A DNA stretch of 64,000 bases from NCBI GenBank assembly GCA_965248535.1, contig CBDFJR010000002.1:32001-96000 (forward strand), in the 5' to 3' direction. A program made the translations under genes and the position numbers. This stretch comes from Phormidesmis sp. (GTDB taxonomy: Bacteria > Cyanobacteriota > Cyanobacteriia > Leptolyngbyales > Leptolyngbyaceae). The notes below the pieces were generated by a model. That model was not told the origin of the DNA and made no database searches. It was given only the letters and a program-made list of their open reading frames with translations. The first letter of the stretch is position 1. Each line of letters begins with the position of its first letter. Shown here piece by piece: positions 41,616-51,393 of this stretch.

Positions 41616-41810
41616 TTAATTAGACGACTCTAGTTCGTCTTCAAAAAACCAGGTTCCGGTGTTGTCTTCAAACTGAACTAACAGGCCAACGCCGCAACCA
41701 TCCACAACTTTATAGTCGCGAATTGTGCCGCTTTGACCCAGCTTTTTAATGATTTCCTGAGAAACCCGATCGCGTAACCGTCGAACCCGAACTTTTTGAC
41801 CGATTTCCAT
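41616..41810 (-). CDS. petP: Cytochrome b6f subunit PetP (DUF2862)
   Basis: MEIGQKVRVRRLRDRV...DG.GVG..VQFED...TWFFEDEL. Confidence 0.85.
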   Translation of the reverse strand: MEIGQKVRVRRLRDRVSQEIIKKLGQSGTIRDYKVVDGCGVGLLVQFEDNTGTWFFEDELESSN

Positions 41811-41965
41811 TGCAAAGAATGATAACGATTGAGACAGATTGATACAAGCCACTCAAAAGTCTACCAGGATGTTGCATCAGATTAAGGCTTTTGGTTGCTC
41901 ATCATCCATAAACAACAAAAGGCGGAATGGTAGGATTCAAAGACTATTTCAGTCTCAGAGGCTCC

Positions 41966-42736
41966 ATGCTGGCTAAAAGAATCTTGCCCTGTCTAGATGT
42001 GAAAGCGGGGCGTGTCGTCAAGGGCATCAATTTTGTCGATCTGCGAGACGCGGGCGATCCCGTTGAGTTGGCCCAAGCTTATAACGAGGCTGGCGCTGAC
42101 GAACTGGTGTTTCTCGACATCACCGCCACCCACGAAGATCGAGATGTGATCTACGACGTGGTTTATCGAACGGCAGAGCAGGTGTTTATTCCTCTGACGG
42201 TGGGCGGCGGCATCAATACATTAGAAACGATTAAAAAATTGCTGCGAGCCGGGGCTGACAAGGTGAGCATTAATTCCTCTGCGGTGCGTGATCCTGATTT
42301 TATTAACCGCGCTAGCCAGCGATTTGGCAATCAGTGTATTGTGGTCGCGATCGATGCGCGTCGTCGCCCTGATCCCACTAATCCCGGCTGGGATGTGTTT
42401 GTGCGTGGCGGGCGAGAAAACACGGGGTTGGACGCGATCGCGTGGGCTAAAGAAGTTGCAGAACGCGGAGCCGGAGAGCTTTTGATCACGAGCATGGATG
42501 CCGATGGCACTCAGGCTGGCTATGATTTAGACCTGACTCGGATGATCGCAGAACAGGTACAGATCCCCGTGATTGCCTCAGGAGGCGCAGGTAACTGTGA
42601 GCACATTTATGAAGCCGTCACTGAAGGAAAAGCCGAGGCAGCCCTACTTGCATCGTTGTTACATTACGGACAGTTAAGCGTAGCTGAGATTAAAACTTAT
42701 TTAAGCGATCGCCAGATTCCGGTGCGCGTCACATAG
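41966..42736 (+). CDS. hisF: Imidazole glycerol phosphate synthase cyclase subunit
   Basis: [32 protein letters not shown] and SMDADGT. Confidence 0.97.
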   Translation: MLAKRILPCLDVKAGRVVKGINFVDLRDAGDPVELAQAYNEAGADELVFLDITATHEDRDVIYDVVYRTAEQVFIPLTVGGGINTLETIKKLLRAGADKVSINSSAVRDPDFINRASQRFGNQCIVVAIDARRRPDPTNPGWDVFVRGGRENTGLDAIAWAKEVAERGAGELLITSMDADGTQAGYDLDLTRMIAEQVQIPVIASGGAGNCEHIYEAVTEGKAEAALLASLLHYGQLSVAEIKTYLSDRQIPVRVT

Positions 42737-42868
42737 AGAAACCCCACGACTGACAGGCGTTTCAAACTATTCGCCAAATTCACAATCTGCACTATGATTG
42801 AGATCTGACCTGATTACACATCTTAAAAAAAGCAACGTTTTATGAGCGTCTGTTACACTGTGTAAACT

Positions 42869-43153
42869 ATGTTGATCTTTATTCTTGTCATTGTCATTGC
42901 TCTCGTCGCCTGGTCTCTGCAACTGATGCAAGAGGCGGTCGAGCAGCGTGAATTTTCTCTCATGTTGGCAGGCACCCTTGTGGCATCTTCGGCCGCCGCA
43001 TTGATGACTGTTTATTTTTTAATGGGCGATTATGTGGGTCACATGGTTCAGATGTCTCATGACACGTCTGCTTACTACAGCCAGCCCTATGAGTCAGTCA
43101 CTTGGTCTTTAAATCAAGAAGAATTAGAAGACGCTCAGGCTTACTATCAGTGA
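42869..43153 (+). CDS. Hypothetical small membrane protein
   Basis: Two hydrophobic helices and EFSLMLAG.LVA. Confidence 0.7.
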   Translation: MLIFILVIVIALVAWSLQLMQEAVEQREFSLMLAGTLVASSAAALMTVYFLMGDYVGHMVQMSHDTSAYYSQPYESVTWSLNQEELEDAQAYYQ

Positions 43154-43302
43154 AGCTGACCAGCTTGAATAAATAGGTGTGCGGTTCTGTGGGATTTTAG
43201 GAGCGATCGCTCCATCCATAAGAGAATGACAAGGTGGGTAATGCCCATCTTATTTTTTGGATTGAGTTTGACTACTGTCTCTGATTCCTGGTTTCTAGCC
43301 TC

Positions 43303-44565
43303 ATGAGTTACTACATTTCTCCTCGCTTTCTCGACAAGCTTTCGGTTCACATCACCAAAAACTATTTAAACCTTCCTCAGGTCAAAGTGCCATTGATTCT
43401 GGGCGTTCACGGCCGCAAAGGAGAGGGCAAGTCATTTCAGTGCGAAGTGGTTTTTGAGCGCATGGGAGTCGAAGCCGTTTATATGTCAGCCGGAGAGCTA
43501 GAAAGCCCAGATGCAGGCGACCCGGCGCGGTTGATTCGGCTGCGCTATCGCGAGGCGGCAGATATTGTCAAAGTCCGGGGCAAAATGGCGGTGCTGATGA
43601 TCAACGACATTGACGCGGGTGCAGGTCGCGTTGATCAGTTCACGCAATACACGGTGAATACGCAGTTAGTGCACGGCACCTTGATGAATATTGCCGATAA
43701 CCCGACCAATGTGCAGCTTCCGGGCAGCTATGAGATCGAGCCGATTCAGCGCATTCCAATTATCGTCACGGGCAACGATCTAGGCACGCTCTATGCCCCG
43801 TTGACGCGAGACGGACGCATGGAAAAGTTTTTTTGGGAACCCGATCGCGACGATCGCATCGGCATCGTCAGCGGCATTTTTGAAGTTGACTCCATGGCTC
43901 GTCGCGACATTGAGCAATTAGTTGATGCGTTTTCTGACCAATCGATCGACTTTTATGGGGCGCTACGATCGCGCCTCTATGATGAGCAGGTTCGCAAACT
44001 CATTCAAGAAGTGGGACTAGATCACATTTCCATGCGGGTAGTGAATAGTGCCGATCGTCCGCCAGAGTTTCGCAAACCCGATTTCACGCTGTCTCACCTT
44101 CTAGAGCTTGGGCAGTTGATGGTCGGTGAGCAAAAACGACTCAAAGAGACGCGGCTAGTTGACGAATATAATCGCGTGTTTGGCAATCGCAAGCTGGGCG
44201 AAGTCAACCAAATGCCCTCTCCTCCAACCCTCGACCAGCCCAACGGACACACGCCCCCAACCAGTAGCTATAGCGGTCAACCGTCTAGCACGCGCCTCAA
44301 CCCAGAAATGGTAGGTGAAGTGAATCGGATTCTGGGACAGGGACACCGCCTCGGCATTGAGTTTGTAGACGATCGCCGCTTTCGCAGCAATTCTTGGAGT
44401 TGCTATGGCACCTTTGAGGGCAACGGAGCCGATGCGATCGCTGCTTTAGAGTCTTGTCTTGCTGACCATCCGCGAGATTATGTGCGGCTTGTGGGCGTTG
44501 ATTTGCGCGATCGTCGCCGAATGATCGAAACCATTGTTCATCGTCCTGATAGCAAACCTGTCTGA
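43303..44565 (+). CDS. rca: Rubisco activase (Rca/ALC) with C-terminal RbcS-like domain
   Basis: MSYYISPRFLDKL.VHITKN, GRKGEGKS, INDIDAGAGR and YAPL.RDGRMEKF, then a Pro-rich linker and an SSUL domain (EFVDDRRFRSNSW, YVRLVGVD). Confidence 0.92.
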   Translation: MSYYISPRFLDKLSVHITKNYLNLPQVKVPLILGVHGRKGEGKSFQCEVVFERMGVEAVYMSAGELESPDAGDPARLIRLRYREAADIVKVRGKMAVLMINDIDAGAGRVDQFTQYTVNTQLVHGTLMNIADNPTNVQLPGSYEIEPIQRIPIIVTGNDLGTLYAPLTRDGRMEKFFWEPDRDDRIGIVSGIFEVDSMARRDIEQLVDAFSDQSIDFYGALRSRLYDEQVRKLIQEVGLDHISMRVVNSADRPPEFRKPDFTLSHLLELGQLMVGEQKRLKETRLVDEYNRVFGNRKLGEVNQMPSPPTLDQPNGHTPPTSSYSGQPSSTRLNPEMVGEVNRILGQGHRLGIEFVDDRRFRSNSWSCYGTFEGNGADAIAALESCLADHPRDYVRLVGVDLRDRRRMIETIVHRPDSKPV

Positions 44566-44581
44566 TCAGAAATCTTTAGGG

Positions 44582-44978
44582 TTATTGAGTCCCGATCGCC
44601 AGTCGTACTCCTGGAAGCGATCGCAGCCGATCCATCACTGTGATCACCTGCCCATGACTGACGCGGCGATCGGCCTCAATCACCACCAAAATCTGACGGT
44701 TTTTACCTCTGATCCCCTGAACCTGCTCGTCTAAATCGCTGAGTTGAATGGGCTTGCGATTGAGGGACAGCTTGCCGCTTTGGTCGATCGTCACCGTCAC
44801 TTGAGCCGATTTTTGAGCTTCAGCCGTTGCCGCAGTCGGAAGGTTAACGGGCAACCCCTGAGAGCGCGATCAAAAAAAGCGTAGACATAATAAAAAACGT
44901 CAGCAGCGCAAAGATCACATCGATCATTGGCACAATGTAAATCTGAGGCGGCAGATCAGGTTCTTCAGGTAGACGCAT
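44582..44978 (-). pseudogene. exbD: ExbD/TolR, with one extra base near 44869
   Basis: MRLPEEPDLPPQIYIVPMIDVIFALLTFFIMSTLFL starts at 44978. Removing one base gives TRSQGLPVNLP, which joins ORF 44582-44854 (ADRRVSHGQVITVMD). Confidence 0.85.
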
Positions 44979-45612
44979 AGGAACTTTCCCCCTTTTCGTG
45001 GCGACGACGATACAGCAGTTCTAGCTGCCCACCATATTCTTGAATCAGCGCAATCTGGCGAATATATAACCCTCGAAAGGTGTTGGCAAAGAGGAGGGTG
45101 ACGATCGCCACCACCAACCCCGATGCTGTCGAAATTAATGCCTCACTGATTCCACCTGTTACGTTAGCCGTGTTGGTGCTGCCGACATCGCCCAGTCGCA
45201 GCGAGGCAAAAGAGGTAATCAATCCCAAAATCGTGCCCAACAGCCCCAGCAGAGGCGCAAGGCTGATAATCGTTTCAAAAACAGTGTTGAAGCGCTTTAA
45301 CAGGGGGATCTCTGCCTGAGCAGCGCTTTCTAAGGCTAACCGAAACTCTTCGGAGGTCGCTTCTTCTAGCTCTAGCGCCGCCATAAAAATGCGGGCAACG
45401 GGCAGATCAGCATTTTGCTCCAGCATCAAAAAAGCGGCTCTAGGACTGCGTTTGTAAAGGACTAACGTTTCTCGAAGCACCCGATCGTGGCGCTTTCTAA
45501 CCTTTGACCAAAAAATAATTCGTTCCAAAATCAGGGCGACCGCCAAGATCGAAAATCCGAGCAGGGGGATCATGACCACGCCGCCAGAAGCAAACCAGTT
45601 ACTAGACCCCAT
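44965..45612 (-). CDS. exbB: ExbB/TolQ/MotA proton channel
   Basis: GGVVMIPL, APLLGLLGTILG and GISEALISTASGL. Confidence 0.9.
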   Translation of the reverse strand: MGSSNWFASGGVVMIPLLGFSILAVALILERIIFWSKVRKRHDRVLRETLVLYKRSPRAAFLMLEQNADLPVARIFMAALELEEATSEEFRLALESAAQAEIPLLKRFNTVFETIISLAPLLGLLGTILGLITSFASLRLGDVGSTNTANVTGGISEALISTASGLVVAIVTLLFANTFRGLYIRQIALIQEYGGQLELLYRRRHEKGESSYAST

Positions 45613-45702
45613 ACGATCGTTCAGCCACTTGAGTCACGAGGGTTCATTTTAGTGCTTCGTGGGCTTCATCGCTACAATTCTCAAAGAATGCCACAGGAAG
45701 AT

Positions 45703-46494
45703 TCAGGCGGTGTTAGGAAAGCGCTCAATCTGAGCATAGCCGCTAAAAATCAGGTGATTTCCCTGGGTTTCAAGACGATTAATGCGAAGCAACACGCCAT
45801 CTAGATCAAAGCGATCGAGATCAACCATGTTGTCCAAAATCTCGGCAAACGCCATCGTCAACACTTCTGAAATGCTGCGTAGCTCTTCGGGAACGGCTTC
45901 TGGCTCGAACTGGGGATTCTGGAAGGAAACACGCCGCCGCCGCTCGATCGCCAACGTTGCTGTCATGCTAACGGGCAAGACGTTGTTGGGCAGCAATGCT
46001 TTTGCAAAGATTTGAATTTTGTTTTCGGGCAAAAGCTTGAGGGCAATGTCTGAAAAGGAGACAGGCTCACCCCCTGACAGGTTCATCAGGGCGGGTTCGG
46101 TCACGTTTTGCAGTCGCTTGACGACTAGCTCAGACTTAAAGGCCTCGTTGATGCCTGCTTCGGTGAGCGTAATTTGAGCGATCGCTTGAGTTGGCTGCTT
46201 GAGCCGAATCTTGCCACTGAGGACTGAGCCAAAGTCGAGGGCGACTGCATCGGTCTCAAAGCGCATCTCTTCGACCCAAAAATCTTTGCGAATTAACAAC
46301 CCGCTGCCGCCCATCTTAAAGCTGTCAAGACTGCCCTGCAACAGCTTGCTAGAAGGCGAACACCGAATCGAAACGTCAACAGACTCACTTTTTGAAAATA
46401 AGCGACGAATGGACTCACTCGCAACCTTGTTTAGCATTCGTTCACCAAAGTCGGTGCCCGGAGCAGTTTTTAGATTTGTGAAGCCATTGAGCAT
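45703..46494 (-). CDS. DUF2993 (LmeA-like) protein
   Basis: DFGERMLNKVA, SSKLLQGSLDSF.M.G.GL and LKQPTQAIAQ. Confidence 0.82.
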   Translation of the reverse strand: MLNGFTNLKTAPGTDFGERMLNKVASESIRRLFSKSESVDVSIRCSPSSKLLQGSLDSFKMGGSGLLIRKDFWVEEMRFETDAVALDFGSVLSGKIRLKQPTQAIAQITLTEAGINEAFKSELVVKRLQNVTEPALMNLSGGEPVSFSDIALKLLPENKIQIFAKALLPNNVLPVSMTATLAIERRRRVSFQNPQFEPEAVPEELRSISEVLTMAFAEILDNMVDLDRFDLDGVLLRINRLETQGNHLIFSGYAQIERFPNTA

Positions 46495-46834
46495 AGTTCT
46501 ATTTGCAACGGTTCTTTACTAGTTTGTATCAGATTGTAAAGAGCCGTCAATTCTTGACTTGATCGGCTTCGACTAAAAATAAGGAGAAACCAGAGGTGAT
46601 TAAACTTCAATTAAAGGGGGTGAGCAGCACAACTGACTGCTGGAATGATTGTAACGTTTAGTCTTTGCTTCAAGGGTCTAAATGCCAGCTTGAGTCATAA
46701 AATTTCTTTATGTTTCGTAACAAGTTGTCTTATTCCTTCATATCAACAAGATCATCCTTTGGCTAGACGTTAAGACATTTTAAGTGAGGTTCGGTTGAGT
46801 CGTTGGCTGTTAACCCTGATGGGTGATATTCACG

Positions 46835-47167
46835 ATGTCTAGATTTTTGGCGATCGCTCTGTCTTGGTTACTCGTTCTACCCTTACAGGCTTGCTCTCCG
46901 GCGCAGGCACAAGCCGGGCTTGATTCTCGTGTCTCAAGACTGGAGACTGATTTGATCGGCATTCAAACTCGCCTTAATCAGATCGAGTCCAACCGTTCGA
47001 GGCAAGGGGTGTCTGCGCCTGCGCCTCTGGCATCTTCTGGCGATCGCCGAGGAGACAGGCGCATCTCTGCCGATCCACAATTTGATCGACTAGCAACCCT
47101 AGTGATCGAACTTAAAGAAAGAGTCACTAGCTTAGAAACACGCCTTGGTAAGCTGGAACGCCGTTAA
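46835..47167 (+). CDS. Hypothetical lipoprotein with coiled coils
   Basis: Signal peptide with LQAC lipobox, and DPQFDRLATLVIELKER. Confidence 0.72.
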   Translation: MSRFLAIALSWLLVLPLQACSPAQAQAGLDSRVSRLETDLIGIQTRLNQIESNRSRQGVSAPAPLASSGDRRGDRRISADPQFDRLATLVIELKERVTSLETRLGKLERR

Positions 47168-47318
47168 AGAGACGCGAATTTTCTAGCCAATTGACTACAT
47201 TTTTTAAAGAGAAACTCTGAGCGATCGAGACACCCTTGAGGATAGTTTGAATATTTGTTAACTTTATTAAAGCGATAGTAAAATGTCTTTTTGAAACACT
47301 AATTATTCTTTGGGCACT

Positions 47319-48017
47319 ATGTCTCATCAATGCGCCCCGTTCGCCTTGAGCTTAACGTCTCTAGAAGCCACAGAGACGGTCGATCTGCAAAATCAGATTC
47401 GATCGCAAAAAAAGTTAGTGGCAGCGATCGAGCGGCGAGTCGGACGGTCACTCACCTCGATTCAGACTCATCTAACCCAACTCAATCAACTATTTCATGA
47501 CTCATCTGAGTGGCAGATTAACATCGCGTCGATGGCGGCCGAGCTTCAGCAGTTAGGAGATTTGCTGGCCGATGCCACCCTGCTGCAAAAAATAGAAGCT
47601 GGAAAAGTCACCGTCCAGCTAGAAGTTTTAGAGTTGCCTCTGCTGTTAGATTGCGTGAGTCGTCATCTTCTCGCCCCCAAAGGCAAGACTCCGCGTTTGA
47701 TTTGCAAGGTTCCGGCAACTTTACCCGCCATTATTGCCGATCGTGACCTGCTCGAAGAAGTTTTAACCAATCTTTTGGGTCGATCGCTCAAATATTCTGA
47801 CCCAGATGTAACCACCATTTTAGAAGTCACTCCCCTGGGTTCACAGATGACCATTAGCATTATTGCCCAACGATTTGCCCCGGCGGGTCATCAAGACTTT
47901 GCGCCAGAGATTGCCCTCTGCTGCAAACAAGTTGCAGTCCAAAGCGGAGAAGTCACCTGTCAAATGCCCTCTGCCGACTCGACGATCGTCACGGTGATTT
48001 TGCCGATCGCAGACTGA
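47319..48017 (+). CDS. Degenerate histidine-kinase-like protein (pseudo-HK)
   Basis: HisKA/HATPase scaffold (SLTSI, LQKIEAGK, ADRDLLEEVLTNLL...KYS) without the H-box His or G-box glycines. Confidence 0.65.
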   Translation: MSHQCAPFALSLTSLEATETVDLQNQIRSQKKLVAAIERRVGRSLTSIQTHLTQLNQLFHDSSEWQINIASMAAELQQLGDLLADATLLQKIEAGKVTVQLEVLELPLLLDCVSRHLLAPKGKTPRLICKVPATLPAIIADRDLLEEVLTNLLGRSLKYSDPDVTTILEVTPLGSQMTISIIAQRFAPAGHQDFAPEIALCCKQVAVQSGEVTCQMPSADSTIVTVILPIAD

Positions 48018-48433
48018 CAATAAAGTCTTCTCAACTTAAAAACAAGCTCGTTCTCTCTAAACCCCATAGCTAGAGATAGTGATTAACACCTAGCCGTGGT
48101 TGTCAACTTTTTTGATCTTCGACTCCAAATCAGCCTGTTTTTGTCTGAGTAGATCTGTTGAGACTCTGTAAGTTCACACAGTAGAGTTTAAAGAACTCAT
48201 AAACCCCTTAAAGGCTGCAAACAGAATAGTGAATTTATCATAAACAAAGAAGTTTTTTTGGCTCATTGCTGAAGTAAATTAACGGAGTTTGTAGAGAGCT
48301 TTTATGAATCTAAAGTCAACGATTTCAGAAATGAAATTATTGATAACTTCAGTACTTTCTCTCAAAGGATTCTCTTCATTGCTGCGCTCATAATGACGGT
48401 TGCAAGGTCAGATATAGGCGAGAACCCGAATCC

Positions 48434-49204
48434 ATGAAACTCATCAATGTTTTTTGTATAGCAGCAGTAGGAACCTTTGCAGCGCTTGGCTATTCGAGTT
48501 CTGCTCAAGCTATCTCCTTTAAGATCACCAGCGGCGTTCCTGGTTTAAATGGAGAAACAAATCAAGGTGCATTCTCCGAGTTTTCTAAGTTAAAAGAGAC
48601 CACCACGATCGACTTCAACTCAGGCAAAGTTCCCACCACTGGATTTGCTAAATACTCGTTTGGAAATGCCGCGGGCGCTAGCAGCGTTCGTGCTGATAGG
48701 TGGGCACCTGCGGGGTCAACGGGTCAAGAAAACAAATCCAGCTATTTGGCAGTTTTTAACGGCGATGCTGCAACGATCAAGCTGGAAAAAACTCTCAACT
48801 ATTTTGGCATCGACTGGGGTGCAGTAAGTGCAAACAACACGTTCTCTTTCTACAAGAGTGGTGCAAGCGGCAGTGATGCCCTAGTCAAGTCTTTTACCAC
48901 GGCTGACATTCTCAACAACAGCGCTTTATTCAAAGCCTCATGGCAAGGTGGAGAAGGCAACGGCTATGTCCACTTCTACTCCGACAGCAACGCAGACAAT
49001 TTTGACAAAATTGTGATTTCTCAATCGAGCACGATCGGGGGCGGTTTTGAATCTGACAATCACTCCTTTCATCAAGGAACAGGCAAGTTTGATTTTGACG
49101 AAAATCTCAAAGCTAAGTCGGTTCCCGAACCGAGCCTTGCGTTGGGGCTGCTAGCAACAAGCGCTATGCTGCTGTGGAAACGCAAGACCGAGAAAGCTTC
49201 CTAA
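48434..49204 (+). CDS. PEP-CTERM exosortase-target surface protein (Npun_F0296-like)
   Basis: Signal peptide ending in AQA, YFGIDWG and FESDNH. C-terminal VPEP, TM helix and basic tail KRK. Confidence 0.88.
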   Translation: MKLINVFCIAAVGTFAALGYSSSAQAISFKITSGVPGLNGETNQGAFSEFSKLKETTTIDFNSGKVPTTGFAKYSFGNAAGASSVRADRWAPAGSTGQENKSSYLAVFNGDAATIKLEKTLNYFGIDWGAVSANNTFSFYKSGASGSDALVKSFTTADILNNSALFKASWQGGEGNGYVHFYSDSNADNFDKIVISQSSTIGGGFESDNHSFHQGTGKFDFDENLKAKSVPEPSLALGLLATSAMLLWKRKTEKAS

Positions 49205-49245
49205 ACGTCATCTAGCCGTCTGAAGTCTAGATTCAAAAAATCTAA

Positions 49246-49288
49246 AATCGGCGTAAGGGCACGGTAATGCTGTGCCCTTACGCCGATT
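49246..49288. terminator. REP-like 17-bp stem-loop between convergent genes
   Basis: AATCGGCGTAAGGGCAC-N9-GTGCCCTTACGCCGATT. Confidence 0.75.
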
Positions 49289-49291
49289 AGA

Positions 49292-50470
49292 CTATTGACT
49301 ATCAGAGGGAGCGATCAGTTGACCGTTTCTGGTAAGTTTGAGGGTTCGCCCGCGCCATTTAACCCGATCGCCGACAAACCCATAGCACCACAGGGCAAAT
49401 CGCAGCAGATCGCTCAAAGGCACCAGCCAAAAAAGTTTTTTGACCACCGGATCGTTGAGCACCTGAACGCCAATCATCCAAGCGAGGGCGAGTCTAGATA
49501 GCCACGTCACTCCTAACACAAACCAACCCAAGGGCGAGGCTTGCAGAGTCAACAAGCTCACCAAACTGGCCACCGTGCCAAAGGTAAAAATCTGTCCCGC
49601 GTAGCCGAGAGGTTGGCAGACACGAATGCCGCGATTCCATCGGGTCTGATGCTGAATTAGCTCAATAAATCCCTGGGTGTCTAACTGGTGATCGACAACG
49701 TAGCGAGATAGCACCACCTGATAGCCTGCATTGGCGGGCATTCGCCCCAAGTGAAAGTCATCGTGGAGATAATTGGCAACGGATTGAAATCCCCCGATCG
49801 CCTCTAAAACAGAGTCACGAATTACAATAGTTGCGCCAATGCCAAAGTTCATGCCCGATAATTTTCGAGACACTAACGTTGTTGGGGCTAACTCAGTTGA
49901 GATGCCCAAAGCCTCAAAATCGGCCATGCCTCCCTGAGCAACTGACCGATACATACAGGTCACAACTCCCACTGCTGGGTTAGATAGGGGCTGCACAACG
50001 GTGATTAGATAATCTGAGCCGACGTGAATATCGCTGTCTGAAATCAGCAAAATTGGGTGAATGGCTTTGGATCGAGCATTAGCTAAGTTGCTAATTTTTA
50101 GATTAGTTCCAATGGTGCGATCGCTGATCACCAAACAAGTTTTGATCGCTGGAAAGTCCTGGATAATTTGTTTCACTACAGGCACAACGGGATCAAGAGG
50201 ATCTTGCACCCCAAAAATAATCTGATAATCAGGATAGTCTTGACGACAAAATGACGCGAGATTTTCGTAGGTGTCGCTGTCTAGCCCGCACAAGGGTTTG
50301 AGAATGCTAACGGGCGGATGAAACTCAGGCGTAACTTGCTTTGGCTGTGACAAGAAATCGATCGCCGAATAAATCCCCAGACCAGCATAAAAAATTGCTA
50401 CTAAACACCACACCACAGGCACCAAGCGCACCCAATCGCCAAACTCTGCCAAACGAAGAACTAATAGCAT
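49292..50470 (-). CDS. hpnI: Hopanoid glycosyltransferase HpnI (paralogue 2)
   Basis: PVSILKPLCG, NLKISNL, SDSD, DDFHLG and HQTRW (QxRW). Hopanoid gene context. Confidence 0.87.
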   Translation of the reverse strand: MLLVLRLAEFGDWVRLVPVVWCLVAIFYAGLGIYSAIDFLSQPKQVTPEFHPPVSILKPLCGLDSDTYENLASFCRQDYPDYQIIFGVQDPLDPVVPVVKQIIQDFPAIKTCLVISDRTIGTNLKISNLANARSKAIHPILLISDSDIHVGSDYLITVVQPLSNPAVGVVTCMYRSVAQGGMADFEALGISTELAPTTLVSRKLSGMNFGIGATIVIRDSVLEAIGGFQSVANYLHDDFHLGRMPANAGYQVVLSRYVVDHQLDTQGFIELIQHQTRWNRGIRVCQPLGYAGQIFTFGTVASLVSLLTLQASPLGWFVLGVTWLSRLALAWMIGVQVLNDPVVKKLFWLVPLSDLLRFALWCYGFVGDRVKWRGRTLKLTRNGQLIAPSDSQ

Positions 50471-51375
50471 TAACGGGCCACCGCTCCTAATTGAGAATAA
50501 TTGGTTAACTCAAACCCCTGGCGGTGAATCATAGCCCGCACCCGATCGCTGATCAGGGCATCGCGTTCTGCCTCGCCTAACCCATAAGCTTCGTTGGCAG
50601 GTTCTCCTGCAATAGCAACCGCCGGATGAGCATAGATCTCAACCAGGTTTGAGTGAATGTGAGGAATCAGCTTGAGCAAATAGGCTTCGGTCATGCGACC
50701 ACTGTTGAGCAACCCATAGACCCGATCGACAAACTGAATGTTGCGCGATCGCAGCACCCCCTCTCCATAGCGACGTAGCCCCGCATAGACGATCGAGATC
50801 AGCAATTTTGTCAGCAGATCAGAGCGATCGGCGCTGAGAGAGGCAGAGAGATTTTCGAGCGGAAGCCGCACAAATCGAATCTTGAACTCGTCTGCTAAGT
50901 TAGCCAGATGGCGTAACACTACAGGCTGTAGATGCACATGGACGTGCCCATCGACGTGAGAAAGTGGTAGCCCAGTTTGACAAAATTTTTCTAACTGTGC
51001 CCGCATCTCAAGGGGAATCTCGCGCTGGGCGGCAGCACTAAACTGATAGTAAAGGCCCGCTTTTTCAGGCTGATCTGAGAAATTGCCCTGAGCATCGACC
51101 AAGTGAGGAATTTGGCTCGACGGCAGCAGCGATCGTCCACAGGCTAAAACGAGGTGTAGCCCAACTGCGAGTTGAGGATGGGCTTTTGCCAACATAACCG
51201 CTTCCTCAAATGCCTCGCCCGTCACCATGAGGCTAGTGCTAGTGAGAATGCCGCGATCGTGCGCTTCGATGATGGCTTGATTGACTCCAGACGAAAACCC
51301 AAAATCGTCACCGTTGATGATTAGACGGCGTTTGGGCTGTGGTTCCGATTCATTGAGGTGATTCTCAGAGTCCAA
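50470..51375 (-). CDS. hpnK: Hopanoid biosynthesis protein HpnK (YdjC deacetylase)
   Basis: LIINGDDFG, VGLHLVL, HVDGHVHVHLQP and EIYAHP. Confidence 0.9.
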   Translation of the reverse strand: MDSENHLNESEPQPKRRLIINGDDFGFSSGVNQAIIEAHDRGILTSTSLMVTGEAFEEAVMLAKAHPQLAVGLHLVLACGRSLLPSSQIPHLVDAQGNFSDQPEKAGLYYQFSAAAQREIPLEMRAQLEKFCQTGLPLSHVDGHVHVHLQPVVLRHLANLADEFKIRFVRLPLENLSASLSADRSDLLTKLLISIVYAGLRRYGEGVLRSRNIQFVDRVYGLLNSGRMTEAYLLKLIPHIHSNLVEIYAHPAVAIAGEPANEAYGLGEAERDALISDRVRAMIHRQGFELTNYSQLGAVAR

Positions 51376-51393
51376 TGTTTGTGTGTCCTTTGT

